From positions 13,688,731 to 13,752,730 of the forward strand of contig NC_057719.1 of NCBI RefSeq assembly GCF_004010195.1: a stretch of 64,000 nt of DNA. The letters run 5' to 3'. A program made the translations under genes and the position numbers. Positions 1 through 12,140 of this stretch are shown piece after piece (position 1 is the stretch's first letter; each line of letters starts with the position of its first letter). The notes under the pieces were generated by a model. That model was not told the origin of the DNA and did not search any database. It was given only the letters and a program-made list of their open reading frames with translations. Source of the stretch: Chiloscyllium plagiosum (taxonomy: Eukaryota).

Positions 1-203
1 TCACATTTCCAATGCCCCTCCCCCAAGTCCCTCCTCCCTACCTTTTATCTTAGCCTGCTGGACACACTCTCCTCATTCCTGAAGAAGGGCTCATGCCCGA
101 AACGTTGATTCTCCTGTTCCATGGATGCTGCCTGACCTGCTGCGCTTTTCCAGCAACACATTTTCAGCTCTGATCCCCAGCACCTGCAGCCCTCACTCTC
201 TCC
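1..203 (+). mobile_element. 3' end (pseudo-LTR) of a Penelope-like element, Neptune-type family A, with hammerhead motif at 79-106
   Basis: CTGAAGA-AGGGC-TCAT-GCCC-GAAAC-GTT followed by ggatgctgcctgacctgctgcgcttttccagc. The same tail is attached to GIY-YIG coding remnants at 41041-41585. Confidence 0.75.
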
Positions 204-280
204 ATCAATGCAGTGGCCCCAAAAATCTTAAAGAAACAAACAGCATCCAGTCATTAAAACAGAATCATCAGAACTGAGTA

Positions 281-410
281 CTGAAGATGGGTCGCTGGAC
301 TTGAAACATTAACTCTACTTTCTCTCCACAGATGCTGCCAGACCTGCTGACGTTTTCCAGCAATTTCTGTTTTTCCTTTAGATCTTCAGCAACCACAGCT
401 TGTTGTTTTA
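281..410 (+). mobile_element. Short PLE-derived repeat, family B, with degenerate hammerhead motif
   Basis: ctgaagatgggtcgctggacttgaaacatt...cacagatgctgccagacctgctg; related copies at 37600, 48160, 51750 and 57380. Confidence 0.6.
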
Positions 411-419
411 GAATACTGA

Positions 420-586
420 ATGGACTCAAATGTTTAGCATTCGCCTGTACCTGTGTTTTTGTTTTTGCCACTGTTTACCTATTATTTACTATCTATGCTA
501 TTTAACTCTGCGATCTGCCTGTATTGCTTGCAAGACAAAGCTTTTCTCAGTGCCTCGGTACACGTGGCAATAAATTCAATTCAATT
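420..586 (+). mobile_element. 3' UTR and tail of a Rex1/Babar-like LINE
   Basis: ctcggtacacgtggcaataaa followed by a (ttcaa)n tail; similar to the tail at 46530-46610. Confidence 0.5.
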
Positions 587-734
587 GTTTTATTCTCAGA
601 TGTAGAATCTTGCTTAGCAAAACCAAATGGAAACTTTCAGTTACACGGCTTAAGAAGAATTGAAATATAAATCAAAGGTATGTTCCTATCAACTTTGCTA
701 CATAACAGGAACCAGATAATAGAAAATATGTGGG

Positions 735-1033
735 GAATCCCTACAGTATGGAAGTAGGCCTTTTGAAGAGCACTCAAAGCCAGCTCCTACCCCATTTTTG
801 TGAACCCTGCATTTCCCATGGCTGATCCACCAAGCTTCAACATCCCTGGACACTATGGGCAACTTAGCATGACCACTCCACCTAACCTGCACAGCTTTGG
901 ACTGTGGGAGGGAACCCACACAAACATGGGGAAAATGTGCAGATTTCACTTGGCCAGCTGCCCAAGGCTATGATCAAACCTGACTCTCTAATACTGAGGC
1001 AGCGGTGCTAACCACTGAGCCACCATGTGACCC
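735..1033 (-). mobile_element. HE1-type V-SINE (diverged)
   Basis: Reverse complement of the tRNA-like head (gtgctaaccactgagccacc), V-domain and CR1-like tail. Confidence 0.85.
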
Positions 1034-1407
1034 GCACATCTGCAACAGCTTTTATTCTTGAAAACGCTCGTGCTGACCTAAACTGCATTCAGAAACTCAA
1101 AAGAAATTAATCAAGAAAAAGTACAGCATTACTTTGAAAGGGACTACCTAAACATTCAAAGGAAGTCGAAAGGTTGAATACAGTATCACTTTATCTTCAA
1201 TGTATTGCTTTGAATGAAGCAGGTGGAAGAATGTGGGTGACCGTTCTGGTCACAAGACCAACAGAGTGGAGTTCTAATACAATCCCAGTCCCCAAACCTG
1301 CTCTTGCATTTGTGTTGCATCAATATTAAAGGTGGTGGCAACAGGAATACACCCCTCCACCCACAATACATGAAAAATTAGCAAAATTATCCAAGAGCAT
1401 TAACAAA

Positions 1408-1885
1408 GGGGTGGCAGAGTGGCTAGCACTGCTGTCTCACAGCACCAGGGACCAAGGTTCGGTTCCAACCTTGGGCAACTGTCTGTGCGGAGTTTGCACG
1501 TTCTCCCCGTGTCTGCATGGGTTTCCTCTGGGTGCTCTGGTTTCCTCCCACAATCCAAAGATGTGCAAGTTAGGGGAATTGACAATGCTAAATTGCCCAT
1601 ACTGTTCAGGAATGTGTAGGTTAGATGCATTATTCTGGATTAGTGGTGCTGGAAGAGCACAGCAGTTCAGGCTACTCCTTGGATGCTGCCTGAACTGCTG
1701 TGCTCTTCCAGCACCACTAATCCAGAATCTGGTTTCCGCAGTCATTGTTTTACCCAGTTAGATGCATTAGTCAGGGGTAAATGTAGAGTAATAGGGTAGG
1801 GGGAATGGGTCTGGGTGGGTTACTCTTCAAGGGTCAGTGTTGGGCTGAGTGGCCTGTTTACACACTGTAGGGATTCTATGATTCT
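1408..1885 (+). mobile_element. HE1-type V-SINE interrupted by a palindromic insert
   Basis: gggtggcagagtggctagcactgctgtctcacagc head, gtttgcacgttctccccgtgtctgc core, tail cacactgtagggattctatgatt. Confidence 0.9.
1633..1756 (+). mobile_element. Palindromic non-autonomous PLE derivative with 13-bp TSD
   Basis: 40-bp inverted arms at 1633-1672 and 1688-1727; flanking direct repeat gttagatgcatta at 1620-1632 and 1757-1769. Confidence 0.8.
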
Positions 1886-2021
1886 GTGAAAGCTTGATGC
1901 AAATAGTGGCTCTTGGGAGGTTCCATTACATGAGCAACCAAGACTACAAACAAATTTCATAACTCCATCAAGAAAATGTTGCTTCAATTGCTCACCATTT
2001 AGCATTAGCACCTGAGCTTCT

Positions 2022-2190
2022 CAGAGTCATAGAGATGTACAGCACAGAAACAGACCCTTTGGTCCAACTCACCCATGCCGACCAGATATCCCACCTCAAT
2101 CTAATCCCACCTGCCAGTACCCAGCCCATATCCCTCCAAACCTTTCCTATTCATATACCCATCCAGATGCCTTTTAAATGTTGCAATTGT
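2022..2190 (-). mobile_element. CR1 (HER1-like) LINE 3' end
   Basis: agagtcatagagatgtacagcacagaaacagaccc..., the reverse complement of the CR1 tail seen at 33180-33355. Confidence 0.85.
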
Positions 2191-2199
2191 ATAAAGAAA

Positions 2200-3880
2200 A
2201 ATGTTGAATATACTTCATTTTTCTTAGAACACATTGTCCATATTGGATGCAGAAATATCAAAAGCCATTACTGAACCTTTGGGCTAAGATCTTCAAAAGT
2301 TTCTGGAAATGATCAATAACATGGCAGACATTTTAACCAATTTTACATTGTCATTAAACCTTTGAGGCAACTTCTAACGAAAGCTCAAGTATGGTGCTGG
2401 TAACTTCATGAAAAATAGACATTTCAGATGATTAAGAAAATGTAAAGTTCCACAGAAGTCTTAGCACATTAAGAAGGAACTCTCAAGAATACAGGATTTG
2501 AAAAGATTGATGAGATTTGGTTAAAAACTATTTATGTACAAGGTCACGTATAAACAACAGCAGATTCACTCTCCAGAGCAACTGTTGATAGCTTTACATG
2601 ACAGGATATTGATTCTCTTGAAGAAATTGACTCATGCACTCAATCGACTGGCAAGCAAGGGAGGATTGATTCAGACAAATTCATCAGGAGCAGATGCAGG
2701 GCTAGAAACTTATCAAGATCCATCAATATTATCAAGGAATTTGACCAAGATACAGGTATATTGTCATAAAAACCTACTTTGAACATGGCTAACACTTCAC
2801 TGCTACCAAAGAGATATTGGTCTCTGATGAGAGTTATGATGAGACCAGTTATCCCAATTTCACTCAAAGAAGCTACGTCAACGTCACGTGGGCATCACCA
2901 AATGAAAAACAATGACACAGTAATCAGTGTAGTAGCCCAAAGGCTAATGAGGAAACTACTTCTAATTGCCAAAATGTAATTCCCACTGACCAGACAGACA
3001 AAACCATCAAGATTGAGGAAATTTGTAAACTAGCCATGGGAAGGCTCAAAGTTGATCAATTTGTTTTCAATGGCAAGTCAAAGAGTCAGAGTTATAGAAT
3101 CATAGGATCATACAGCACAGAAAGAGACCCTTCGGTCCCACTAGTCTATGCTGAACATAATCCCAAACCAAACTAGCCCCACCTGCCTGCTCCTGGCCCA
3201 TATCCCTCCAATCCTTTTTTATTCATGTATCTATCCAAATGTCTTTTAAACATTATAATTGTACCCGCATCCATCACTTCCTCAGGAGGTTCATGCCAAC
3301 CACCCTCTGTGCAAAACATTTGCCTCTGTGTCTTACTTAAATCTCTTACCTCTCATCTTAAAAATACACCACCTAGTCTTGAAATCCCCCCAGCCTAGAA
3401 AAAAGACATCGATCTTTCCATTAACCCTATCTATACCTCTCATTACTTTATAAACTTCTATCAGGCTGCATGTCCACCTCCTACACTCCAGTGAAAGAAA
3501 TCCAAGATTATTCAGCCTTTTTATTATAACTCAAACCTTCCATATCTGGCAACACCCTGGTAAATCTCTTCTCAACCCGCTCCAAAGTAATAATATCCTA
3601 CCTATAACTTACATTTGATTGCGATTGACTACTTATCAAGAAAGATTGAAGTTAAAAATATTTACACTAAAACTACAAAAGCTGCCAGCAGAATTTTGGA
3701 AGACACTTCTGCGAATCATAGAATTCCACAAAGTTGTTTCTGACCACAACTGGCAAATGAACACTTCAATTACTTTGCAGAAGGTAGTGCACTCAAATAT
3801 TTTACAAACTTGGCAAGAGCTCCTCAGGATGGAACATAAATCTTGTTAAAAGGAGACAAGATGTTGAAACTTTTTATTTT
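2200..3880 (+). mobile_element. Heavily decayed Gypsy-type LTR retrotransposon pol remnant, interrupted by CR1
   Basis: Broken translations resemble the RT thumb (LQKFLEMIN..KPLRQLLTKAQVWCW), the integrase zinc region (HVGITK) and the start of the integrase core (LIAIDYLSRKIEV); many stops and frameshifts. Confidence 0.5.
3085..3608 (-). mobile_element. CR1 LINE 3' fragment
   Basis: Reverse complement of the RT C-terminus and 3' UTR (atagaatcataggatcatacagcacagaa...). Confidence 0.85.
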
Positions 3881-4319
3881 GCTTTTACCAGAATGAAAAC
3901 ATGAGAAACAGACTTGAAGAACGACACCATTTTAAATAGCACGAGAGGAAGATGCTGATTGGTTAGGCTGTTATTGGAACAGAGATGCAGCAAGAACAGT
4001 TAACTGTCAATATTCATTCTCAGAACAAGCAAGTAGATTCTGATTGGTCAGGGCATTGCCATGGGGATGCAACAGCGATTGGCTTTCTCCATGACCACTG
4101 TGTTTTGAAACAAAAGGTGCAACGTACTCAACAAATGTGATTACAGCAACAAAATTCCCGTCATGCTCAATAATGATCCCAAGTTTGTATCCATAGGAAC
4201 TGCTAGTACACATGATCAAACAGTCACACTTAACAGCAAGCTGCAGAGGTGCTAATTGAACTTGCATCGGTGTGGCAACGTGCCTGGGGATAATCATGAT
4301 AAGATTAATCCTCATCATT

Positions 4320-5400
4320 ACCATGAGATCTTGATCAACTGGGCCAACTGGCTGAGGATTGGCAGATGGAGTTTAAATTTGATAATTGTGAGGTATTGCA
4401 TTTTAGTAACACAAACAAGGGCAAGGCTTATACAATTAATTGTAGGGCTGTGAGTAGTATTGTCAAACACAGAGACTGAGGGATTTAGGTATGTGGTTCT
4501 TTGAAAGCTGGTTTCATGTAGACAGGTGGTTTAAAGGCTTTTATCCTCTTGTATTCATTGCTCTGGCCATTGACAATAGGAATTGGGACTTAATTTTGAG
4601 GTTTTACAAAACATTGATACGGCCACTTTTGGAGTACTGTGTACAGTTTTGGTTGCTCTGCACTTACGAACAATATTATTAGATTAGATTCCCTACAGTG
4701 TGAAAACAGGCCCTTCAGCCCAAACCAACCTCCAAAGAGGAACCCACCCCCCTCTGACTAACGCACCTAACACAATGGGAAATTTCCCTGACCTGCATAT
4801 CTTTGGACTGTGGGAGGGAACTGAAGCACAGGAGGAAACCCATACAGACACGGGGAGAAGGTGCAAACTCCGCACAGACAGTCACCTGAGGCTAGAATTG
4901 AACCCGGGACCCTACTGCTGTGAGGCAGCAGTGCTAACCACTGAGTCACTGCAGAAACAATTTATAAGAATGTTGCTGAGGCTAGATGGTTTAAGTTTTA
5001 AGGAGAAGTTGGGCAGGCTGGGATTTTTTTTTCACTGGAGCATATGAGATTGAGTGGTGACCTTGGAGAGTTTTATAAAATCATGAGGGGCATAGCTAAG
5101 GTGAATAGCAACAGTCTTTTCCCTCGGGTAGGAGAGCTCAGAACAATAAGGGTATGTTTTTAAGGTGAGAGGAGAAAGATTTTCAAGTGACCTGACGGTT
5201 AACATTTTTACACAGAGGGTGGTTTGTACGTGGAATGAAATGCCAGAGGATGTGATAGATGCAAGTACAGTCATTTCAAAGACATTTGGACAGGCATGTG
5301 AATATGAAAGGTTTAGAGGGATATGGACCATACACAGACAAATAGAACTAGTTTTGTTTGGGAAACTTGGTGGATGTATAACTTGCTGTATGTCTCTATG
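4320..5400 (+). mobile_element. CR1 LINE 3' portion, interrupted by an HE1 SINE
   Basis: Translation includes YKTLIRPLLEYCVQFW and NIFTQRVVCTWNEMPEDV, which are CR1 ORF2 C-terminal motifs. Confidence 0.9.
4678..4950 (-). mobile_element. HE1-type V-SINE nested in CR1
   Basis: ttagattagattccctacagtgtg tail through gtgctaaccactgagtcac head. Confidence 0.9.
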
Positions 5401-5401
5401 A

Positions 5402-5578
5402 CCACTCATGTGCAGGCTACCCAAGACACACAAAATCAATACAGCCCTATGACCTATTCTCTCTTTGATTGGCTCTGCACAACATGAATTGGCCAAGTTG
5501 CTAAGGGAGTTATTGCAACCATTTCGAAATGGGTTTTCCACATACCTAGTGCAGGATTCTTTCACATTTGTAAAACAA
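5402..5578 (+). mobile_element. Fragment of a Penelope-like RT N-terminal region
   Basis: Translates to RLPKTHK..AL*PILSLIGSAQHELAKLLRELLQP..VQDSFTFVK, matching the GLPK.HK...RPI motif of PLE RTs. Confidence 0.6.
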
Positions 5579-5599
5579 CATCGATTAATTGAGAGCAAT

Positions 5600-5855
5600 A
5601 GCATAGAGTCATGAGTCACAGCACAGAAGGAGGCCTTACGGCACATCGAGCATGCACTGGTCAAAAACAATGACTTAACTATTCTAAGCCTATTTCCCAG
5701 CACTTGGTCCATAGCCTTGTATGCCTTGGTCTTGGCCTTAATGATGGTTTCCACCTCTATCACCTTTCCAGGCAGTGGGTTTCAGATTCCCATCACTCCC
5801 TGGGTGAAAATGTTTTTTTCTTACGTCGCCTCTAAACCTCCTGTTCATTACCTTT
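5600..5855 (-). mobile_element. CR1 LINE 3' end
   Basis: catagagtcatgagtcacagcacagaaggaggcc...ccctgggtgaaaa. Confidence 0.75.
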
Positions 5856-6070
5856 CATAGAAAAATAGAAACTAAGACCAGGAGAATTAGTTCAGTCCTC
5901 CATTTGCTTCTCTGCATCTGGTCCACCATTCAATATGAGTTTGGTTGATCTTCTATCTCTTTGGACATTTCTAGCTTATTTACCAACACAGTGTTAAAGA
6001 AGCATTCTTCCAGCATCTACATGTCAATAATACCCCAATCCTCTTCTCTGCCCTGAGTCTTATTCTATAC

Positions 6071-6283
6071 CTGAAGCTGAAAACCTTTTGGCTGCCAAAC
6101 ACCGGTCTGGAGGCCCACATGTGTGGAAGGAAATGGGTAAGTGAGCCAAAGGCCGGGGAACAGAGTGAAGCAGGGATTTTGAGCCGCTTGGTAGAACTGG
6201 AGACGGAAGCTGCAAAGTCAAATGTTCATCAAGGAGATGTGTGCTCAACTGAAGAATCTCAGGATCTATATCTGAGAGCTGTG
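6071..6283 (-). CDS. Candidate internal coding exon (213 nt, phase 1-1) of an unidentified gene
   Basis: Minus strand: acceptor tcttttcctttttaaag, donor CAG/gtatag. Length is a multiple of 3 and only one frame is open (QLSDIDPEILQLSTHLLDEHLTLQLPSPVLP...AAKRFSAS). Non-repetitive sequence; protein not recognised. Confidence 0.45.
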
Positions 6284-6569
6284 CTTTAAAAAGGAAAAGA
6301 TTTGAATTAAAACAACATTTTATTCATCCATTAAATGCTGCAAATGGTGGGTGAGGTGGAGTGGCCCTTCGTCTTCCACAATAGGGTGAATGAATATTCA
6401 GAACTGTCATCAGTGCTTGCAACTCCCAAAACGATGGGCCGAATAGCAGCTTGATTCGCTGCACTCAGCGGAAGGACCAGGGAATGCTGTCTGTTCTGGT
6501 CTTCAGGTGAGCAGGACAGGACTGTAGATATGTCATTTCCCAGAGCAATAGTGATTTGAGTGGTGCCAT

Positions 6570-7510
6570 TTGGAGTGGCTCAGTGGTTAGCACTGCTGCC
6601 TCACAGTGCCAGGGGCCCAGGTTCAATTCCACCCTTGAGCGACTGTCCATGTGATGTTTGCACATTCTTCTGGTGTCTACATAAGTACCTCCGGTTTCCT
6701 CTCACAGTCTAAAGATATACAGATTAGGTGGATTAGCCATGGGAAATGCAAAGTTACTGGGATAGGTTAGGTCTGGGTACGGTGCTCTTCAGAGAGTTGG
6801 TGTGGACTTGATGGGTTGAATGGCCTGCCCCTGCTGTTATGGTCCAGGCCAGACCCCCTCAAAATATTTCCAGAAGGTGGTCAAGACCCTAACCTTTCTA
6901 GTTGTTTTAAGCAAGTGGAAGGTAGATATTCTGGGAGTGATGCAGCTGATCAAACCACCCAGTTTTGAACAAAACAGGATTTATTTACTAACTACCATGC
7001 AAAAGAAAACAGAATTTAGAATAACAACTATTTGAAAACTTTACCAACATGATCTGTCCCACAACTTAACAAAGAACTGCTCCGATTTCCTGCAAAATCC
7101 CATATCACACCCCTTGGCAAAAAGGTAAATGCAAACACTGGTTCTTACAGGAGAGAGACAGATTGCAGAGAGGATCAGCCATTGATCATTGGCCAAAACA
7201 TGGAACATCTTTTTTTCCCAGCAGCTTCTTGGGGTCCCCAGTTAAAACTGAACAAAACTAGAAAAATGCCTGAACTGGGAGAACTGGCCACTCCCCTTTC
7301 ATTGTTCAAGTGTTGTTTTAAAAAAAATCTGAAAGCCTTTTTACCTGATTGGTGCCTTAGGCAGTATCTGTTAGCCATTAGCAAAGTGGCCTTAACCCAG
7401 ACAAATCAGAACCTCTGCCTTTTATAACCCCTTTTAAAAATAAACAAAGACAGCATAACCTTGTTAAAGGAGCAGTGCCATCACACCATGCTGCAGGAAT
7501 TCTATGATTT
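6570..7510 (+). mobile_element. HE1-type V-SINE whose tail is split by a solo LTR
   Basis: Head gtggctcagtggttagcactgctgcctcacag at about 6575; the tail resumes at 7486 (ccatgctgcaggaattctatgatt). Confidence 0.85.
6835..7485. mobile_element. Probable solo LTR (about 650 bp)
   Basis: TG...CA termini, clean insertion inside a SINE, flanks ccctgc/ccatgc; the start resembles the element at 18223. Confidence 0.6.
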
Positions 7511-7809
7511 GAGAGGGTTACAGGCAGTGTAGTGACCATTCTGAACCAGGCCCAGCATTTACAGTCTGACAGCTTTTACACTTGATAGGGCATATTGCCA
7601 AAATTGATTGGCTGTACCCATGGGGAATTTGCCATCTGACTTTCAAGACCCAGTCTCAAAGTCCTGCTATTCCTCACCTAACATGTCAATCTCCCCAGCT
7701 TCCTGTATTACCCTACCAAATGGAGAGCAAATGGCCTTTATATTAACCATTGGATGATGATTCAATGTCCTTCTCATCCAATCTAATATTTTATAGCTGA
7801 TATGGGCAC

Positions 7810-8135
7810 CTGAGATAGCACCTTCCAAACCTGTGACCATGACCATCTAGGAATGACAAGGGTAGCAGATACAATGGGAACAGTACCACTTGCAAGTTCC
7901 CTCCAAGTCACTCACCATCCTGACTTGGAAATATATCCCGTTCCTTCACTGTCGCTGGGTCAAACTTCTGGAAGCACCTTCCTCAGGGCATTGTAGGTCA
8001 ACCTACAGCAGGTGGACTGCAGCAGTTCAAGGAGGCAGCTCACCCACACCTACTCATCTAAGGGCAACTAGGGATGGACAATAAATACTGGCCTGGTCGG
8101 CGATGCCCACTTCCATGAATGAGTAGAAAAAATAA
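7810..8135 (+). mobile_element. 3' end of an L2/CR1-group LINE (second family)
   Basis: cagcaccttccaaacc...gggcaactagggatggacaataaatactggcc...atgaatgagtagaaaaa; related to 29420-30200, 35640-36900 and 49920-50915. Confidence 0.7.
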
Positions 8136-8219
8136 AAGAAAATCAACGTGCGAAGAATTTGAAAATGAAAATCTCAATTTTTCAAGGCCAGCGTGTTTTC
8201 TCTTGCTGTTTCTGGATTT

Positions 8220-8592
8220 CTTCTTAGAGAACAGAAGGCTGAGAGGTGACCTGATTGAGGTGTACAAAATTCTGAGGGGCACAGACATGGTCAATAGGGA
8301 GATGTGCTCTCCACACAGTAGGTCAATAAGCTGGGGGTCAGGTCTAAGGCAAGGAGCAAGAGGTTTAGAGAACTGCAGGAAATCTCTCTTTACCTGAGTG
8401 TTATGGCTACCTAGAAAGGGGTAGGAGAGGCAGAAAGGCCTCAAGAAGTGCTTAGATGAGCACTTGAAATGCCATACCATATAAGGGTACGGGCTCACTG
8501 CTGGAAAGTGGACTCAGAGTAGATAGATGTTTGTTGGCCATCACAGCATGATGGGCTGAATGGCCTTTCTCTGTGCCATAAAATCTCCACGA
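8220..8592 (+). mobile_element. CR1 LINE 3' end
   Basis: LENRRLRGDLIEVYKILRG motif plus typical tail. Confidence 0.85.
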
Positions 8593-9527
8593 ATCTAACC
8601 TTTTCAAACCAGCCACTGTCAGACAATCCTCACTCCAACAGCCCATAGACAGCACACAGCAGGTATATCTGGGCAGCTTCATGAGGTACTGCTGATTTCC
8701 CTCTGTCTCTGGATGAACGAAAGATTGGTCTGACACTTTTCTCAGGAAGGAATTTGACTTTAAGAATCCCGATTGCAGGATTTAAGAGGACCTTGCAATT
8801 TTTGCCTTTTACTTCTGAACGATTCATTCTATTGCTCCTCTGAGAGAAAGTGAGCTGAATTCAATCTATCCGAGTCACTTATCCACCAGTATTGAGAGAA
8901 TATTAGCTTCCAATTTACTCTTGTTCCTTTGTCTGTTTTCTTTGTGTTTGTGTTTAGCTCAAAGCTTCCAGGCTCTAATTGATTAAACATGCTTGTGCAG
9001 ATGCAGTTAGTGATAATCACTGAAAAGAATGAAGGAGGACAGAGTGATCAATGAAACTTGTGCTGGAGGAATGAAGTGCTGTATATCTTAATGTCGGGGA
9101 TGACTGGAATCCACTGTAAATTGCAGGCATGTGCAGTCTACTTTCCTTAAAGAAACATTGGAGAAACTGAAGCATGGAAATGGTCTTTATTGGCCTTGTT
9201 GGTGAATTTTGAATAGAAGGCCAAAGATAACTTTGTGGGGTCTACTGCAGTGGGGTAGGAGGGAACTTCGCATCCAGTTTATAGTTCACTCTGCAGCCAA
9301 AATAACATCATGTCTTACTGATTACTAATATTTTCAGAACTTGCATGGAATCTGCAGCGAATTTACCTTCAACTGGGGGTTATACTTGATATAGCAATGT
9401 CTCTGTTATCTCCCACAATAGAAGACTCTGAACACAGATAGTGTGGCACTGATGAACCCAACAGGCATGTAGTACAACCAATGCTTATGTATAACTATCA
9501 CTTTCCTCAGATACATAATTAGACGAT

Positions 9528-9851
9528 GTCCTAGTGGTGTTATCACTGGACTGTTAATCCAGAGTACCAGGTGATACTCCGGACACCCAGGTTTGAATCC
9601 TGCCATGGCGGATATTGGAATTTGAATTCAGTTAATATCTGGAATTAAGAGTCTAATGATGACCATCAATCCACTGATGATTATCAAAAAAAAAACATTC
9701 GGTTCACTGATGTCTTTCAGTGGTCTGGCCTACTTGTGACTCCAGACCCACAGCAATGTGGTTGATTCTTAACTGCCTTCTGGGCAGTTAGGGATGGGAA
9801 ATAAATGATGGCCCATCCAGTGATACCCTCATCCTGTGAACAAATAAAAAA
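9528..9851 (+). mobile_element. tRNA-derived SINE (second family) with LINE-derived tail
   Basis: A-box-like tagtgg and B-box-like ggtttgaatcc; tail gggcagttagggatgggaaataaatg shared with the LINE at 8060-8135; further copies at 11040-11590 (-), 40060-40325 and 43305-43610. Confidence 0.7.
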
Positions 9852-10456
9852 CTAAATGGTGAGTGTCTGGGCTAACATTAGGTTATATGTTTACAAAGGA
9901 AGAGTATGCATCCATTGGAATGTCGTACTTCAAGTGACCCAATATAAGGTGGAGTTTGCGACTTTTATACCCTCAGGTCATAGGTTATGACACAGTGATG
10001 CTGAGATGCGCGTGTGTCCTAAAGGTACACTGACATACTGATTGTGATACAGCAGCATTCCCTCTAAACTGCACAGTCACACAGCTACCCTGACATCTTT
10101 GCACCCTGATCCACATGCTGACATCATTCCCAACTTTGACTTCTGACTTCGGAAGATGCTGCCAAGCCTGGTCTCTGAAGGCCTGTGTAGAAGGAAATAA
10201 GGGAACATGGTATTCAAGGACCTCATTGTTATGAGCTGCTTAGTTAAGCTGGTCTTTGGTGACTTCTAATGATGATAGTGCTAACTTTTGAGAAATTGAT
10301 TTGATAAACATCTTGCTGTTGAGTTGTTAACTATTCGTCAAGCATTTTGGTCCTCATGATAAAACTGCCTTATTAATACTTCCATTAGCATTGTCTGGTC
10401 ATGCTAGCTTAACACTCCTTCTAATAATCTCAGGAAAACTTGCACAATTAAGGTAG

Positions 10457-10667
10457 AATCGAGAGTGTGGTGCTGGAAAAGCACAGCAGGTCAGGCAACA
10501 TCTGAGGAGCAGGAAAATTGGGTGTAAGCCTTTCATCAAGAAAGGCTTCGTCGTGATGAAGGGCTTATGTCCGAAACGTCGATTTTGGATGTTGCCTGAC
10601 CTCCTGTGCTCTTCCAACACCACCCTCTTGATCCTGACCTCCAGCATCTGCAGTCCTCACTTTCTCT
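10457..10667 (+). mobile_element. Palindromic PLE family A derivative with 13-bp TSD
   Basis: Inverted arms; tgatgaagggcttatgtccgaaacgtc core; flanks acaattaaggtag (10444-10456) and acaattaagatag (10668-10680). Confidence 0.8.
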
Positions 10668-11242
10668 ACAATTAAGATAGTGTTAAGGTTAAGACAGTCC
10701 TGTGCCTATCAATAGCTGGGTTAGCTGTATCATTTGATTCATATAGTCTCTCTCTCTCTGTTGATTACTAAAACAAATTAAAGAACCTAACAGGATCTAC
10801 AAGAAAGTGCTAAATCTCTGAACAGTTTGTATTGGAAGCAGAACACTGTTAGTGTTGAGAATCACTGACCAACACTGTCACATCCATGGCACATACGAAA
10901 CATTCAGTGAAAAGCCGACTTTTCTTAACTTCAGCAATTAAAAAGAAGCAGTAAATGCAGAAGATTAAACATTACAGAAAGAGAACCTGACAGAATGTTT
11001 CCAGTCTATGATGTATCGGTTAAATCTTCCGAAGGATTTGGGAAAACCCAACAGACATTCCTGCGCCACTGGCTTGGCCTATCCCTAATTACCTACAGGG
11101 CAGTAAAAGGTCAACCACATTGTGGTGGGTTTGGAGTCACATGTAGACCATACCAGGAGAAAGATGCTGGATTTCAATCCCTAAATCAAGGATATGGGAC
11201 AAGTGCAGGAAATTGGGATTAGCACACCTTTAGTGGTAGTTA

Positions 11243-11344
11243 AAACCAAAAGAGAAAATGCTGGAAAATCTTAGCAAGCCTGACAGCATCTGTGAGGAGA
11301 GAAAAGAGCTGACGTTTCGAGTCTAACTGACCCTTTGTCAAAGC
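11243..11344 (-). mobile_element. Short PLE family B-like insert with 13-bp TSD
   Basis: TSD ttagtggtagtta at 11230-11242 and 11345-11357; minus strand reads ttgacaaagggtcagttagactcgaaacgtcagc. Confidence 0.7.
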
Positions 11345-11894
11345 TTAGTGGTAGTTATGTTAGTGCAGACCCAATGGTATTTTCTGCACTGTATGAACCT
11401 AAAATGTCATTCGTGTACCAGATGAATCTTTACAACAACCAATAGTGGTTACATAATCACCACAGGGATACCTTTTTAGATCCAGATTTTGGATACAAAT
11501 GTCACCATCTACCATAGCAGGATTTGAACCCACATCCCCAACATGTTAACTTGAGATTTGGGATTGCTCGCCCAGAGACATTACCATTTCATCACCAACT
11601 CACCTACATGTAAATTGCATAATCGATATGCAATGTCACATGCCATTTTTGATTTTTGACACAAGGGTGAGTTTTACAGTGCAGTTTGTGAGCTATGGAC
11701 CAGGGTGGGAGGTGCGTGGCTATATACATGGGTTCATCTTGGTTCTCCGATACTGCATCCTCACCCCTAGCAGTGTTTAAAGGCTTTCTTAAGAAGCTTC
11801 ACTGTTCCCACTCCACTCACCACTCCCAGGCCTCTCCATGCCTCTTCATTTCTCCCATGCCAGTTCATGCCAACCCTACAACCTCATGGTCATC

Positions 11895-12030
11895 GAATCA
11901 TAGAGTTATACAGCACAGAAACAGACCCTTGGGTCCAACCAGTCCATGCTGATCATAATCCCAAACTAAACTAGTACCACCTGCCTGATCCTAGCCTATG
12001 TCCTCCAAACCTTTCCTGTTCATGAACATA
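11895..12030 (-). mobile_element. CR1 LINE 3' tail
   Basis: gaatcatagagttatacagcacagaaacagaccc. Confidence 0.75.
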
Positions 12031-12140
12031 TTCAATTCTTTAAAAATGTCAGAATTGTGTCTACATTCATGTAGAACTTCAGAAGATCCAGGGTACCCCG
12101 GTGTATGTATACTCTGTAGTCACACATCCATAGAAAATAG

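Noticed and set aside
1633..1727. Long hairpin as a possible miRNA precursor
   Set aside because: Member of a dispersed repeat family with a TSD; better explained as a PLE derivative
3950..4090. Cluster of CCAAT (attgg) boxes suggesting a promoter
   Set aside because: No associated start site or exon; it lies next to a decayed LTR element and may be repeat-derived
5032..5763. 243-aa minus-strand ORF
   Set aside because: Chance frame crossing three unrelated repeat fragments (CR1, PLE, CR1)
6077..6137. Plus-strand mini-exon ending at a strong donor (TGG/gtaagt)
   Set aside because: The acceptor is weaker and no partner exon was found; the overlapping minus-strand exon is better supported, though this one is not excluded
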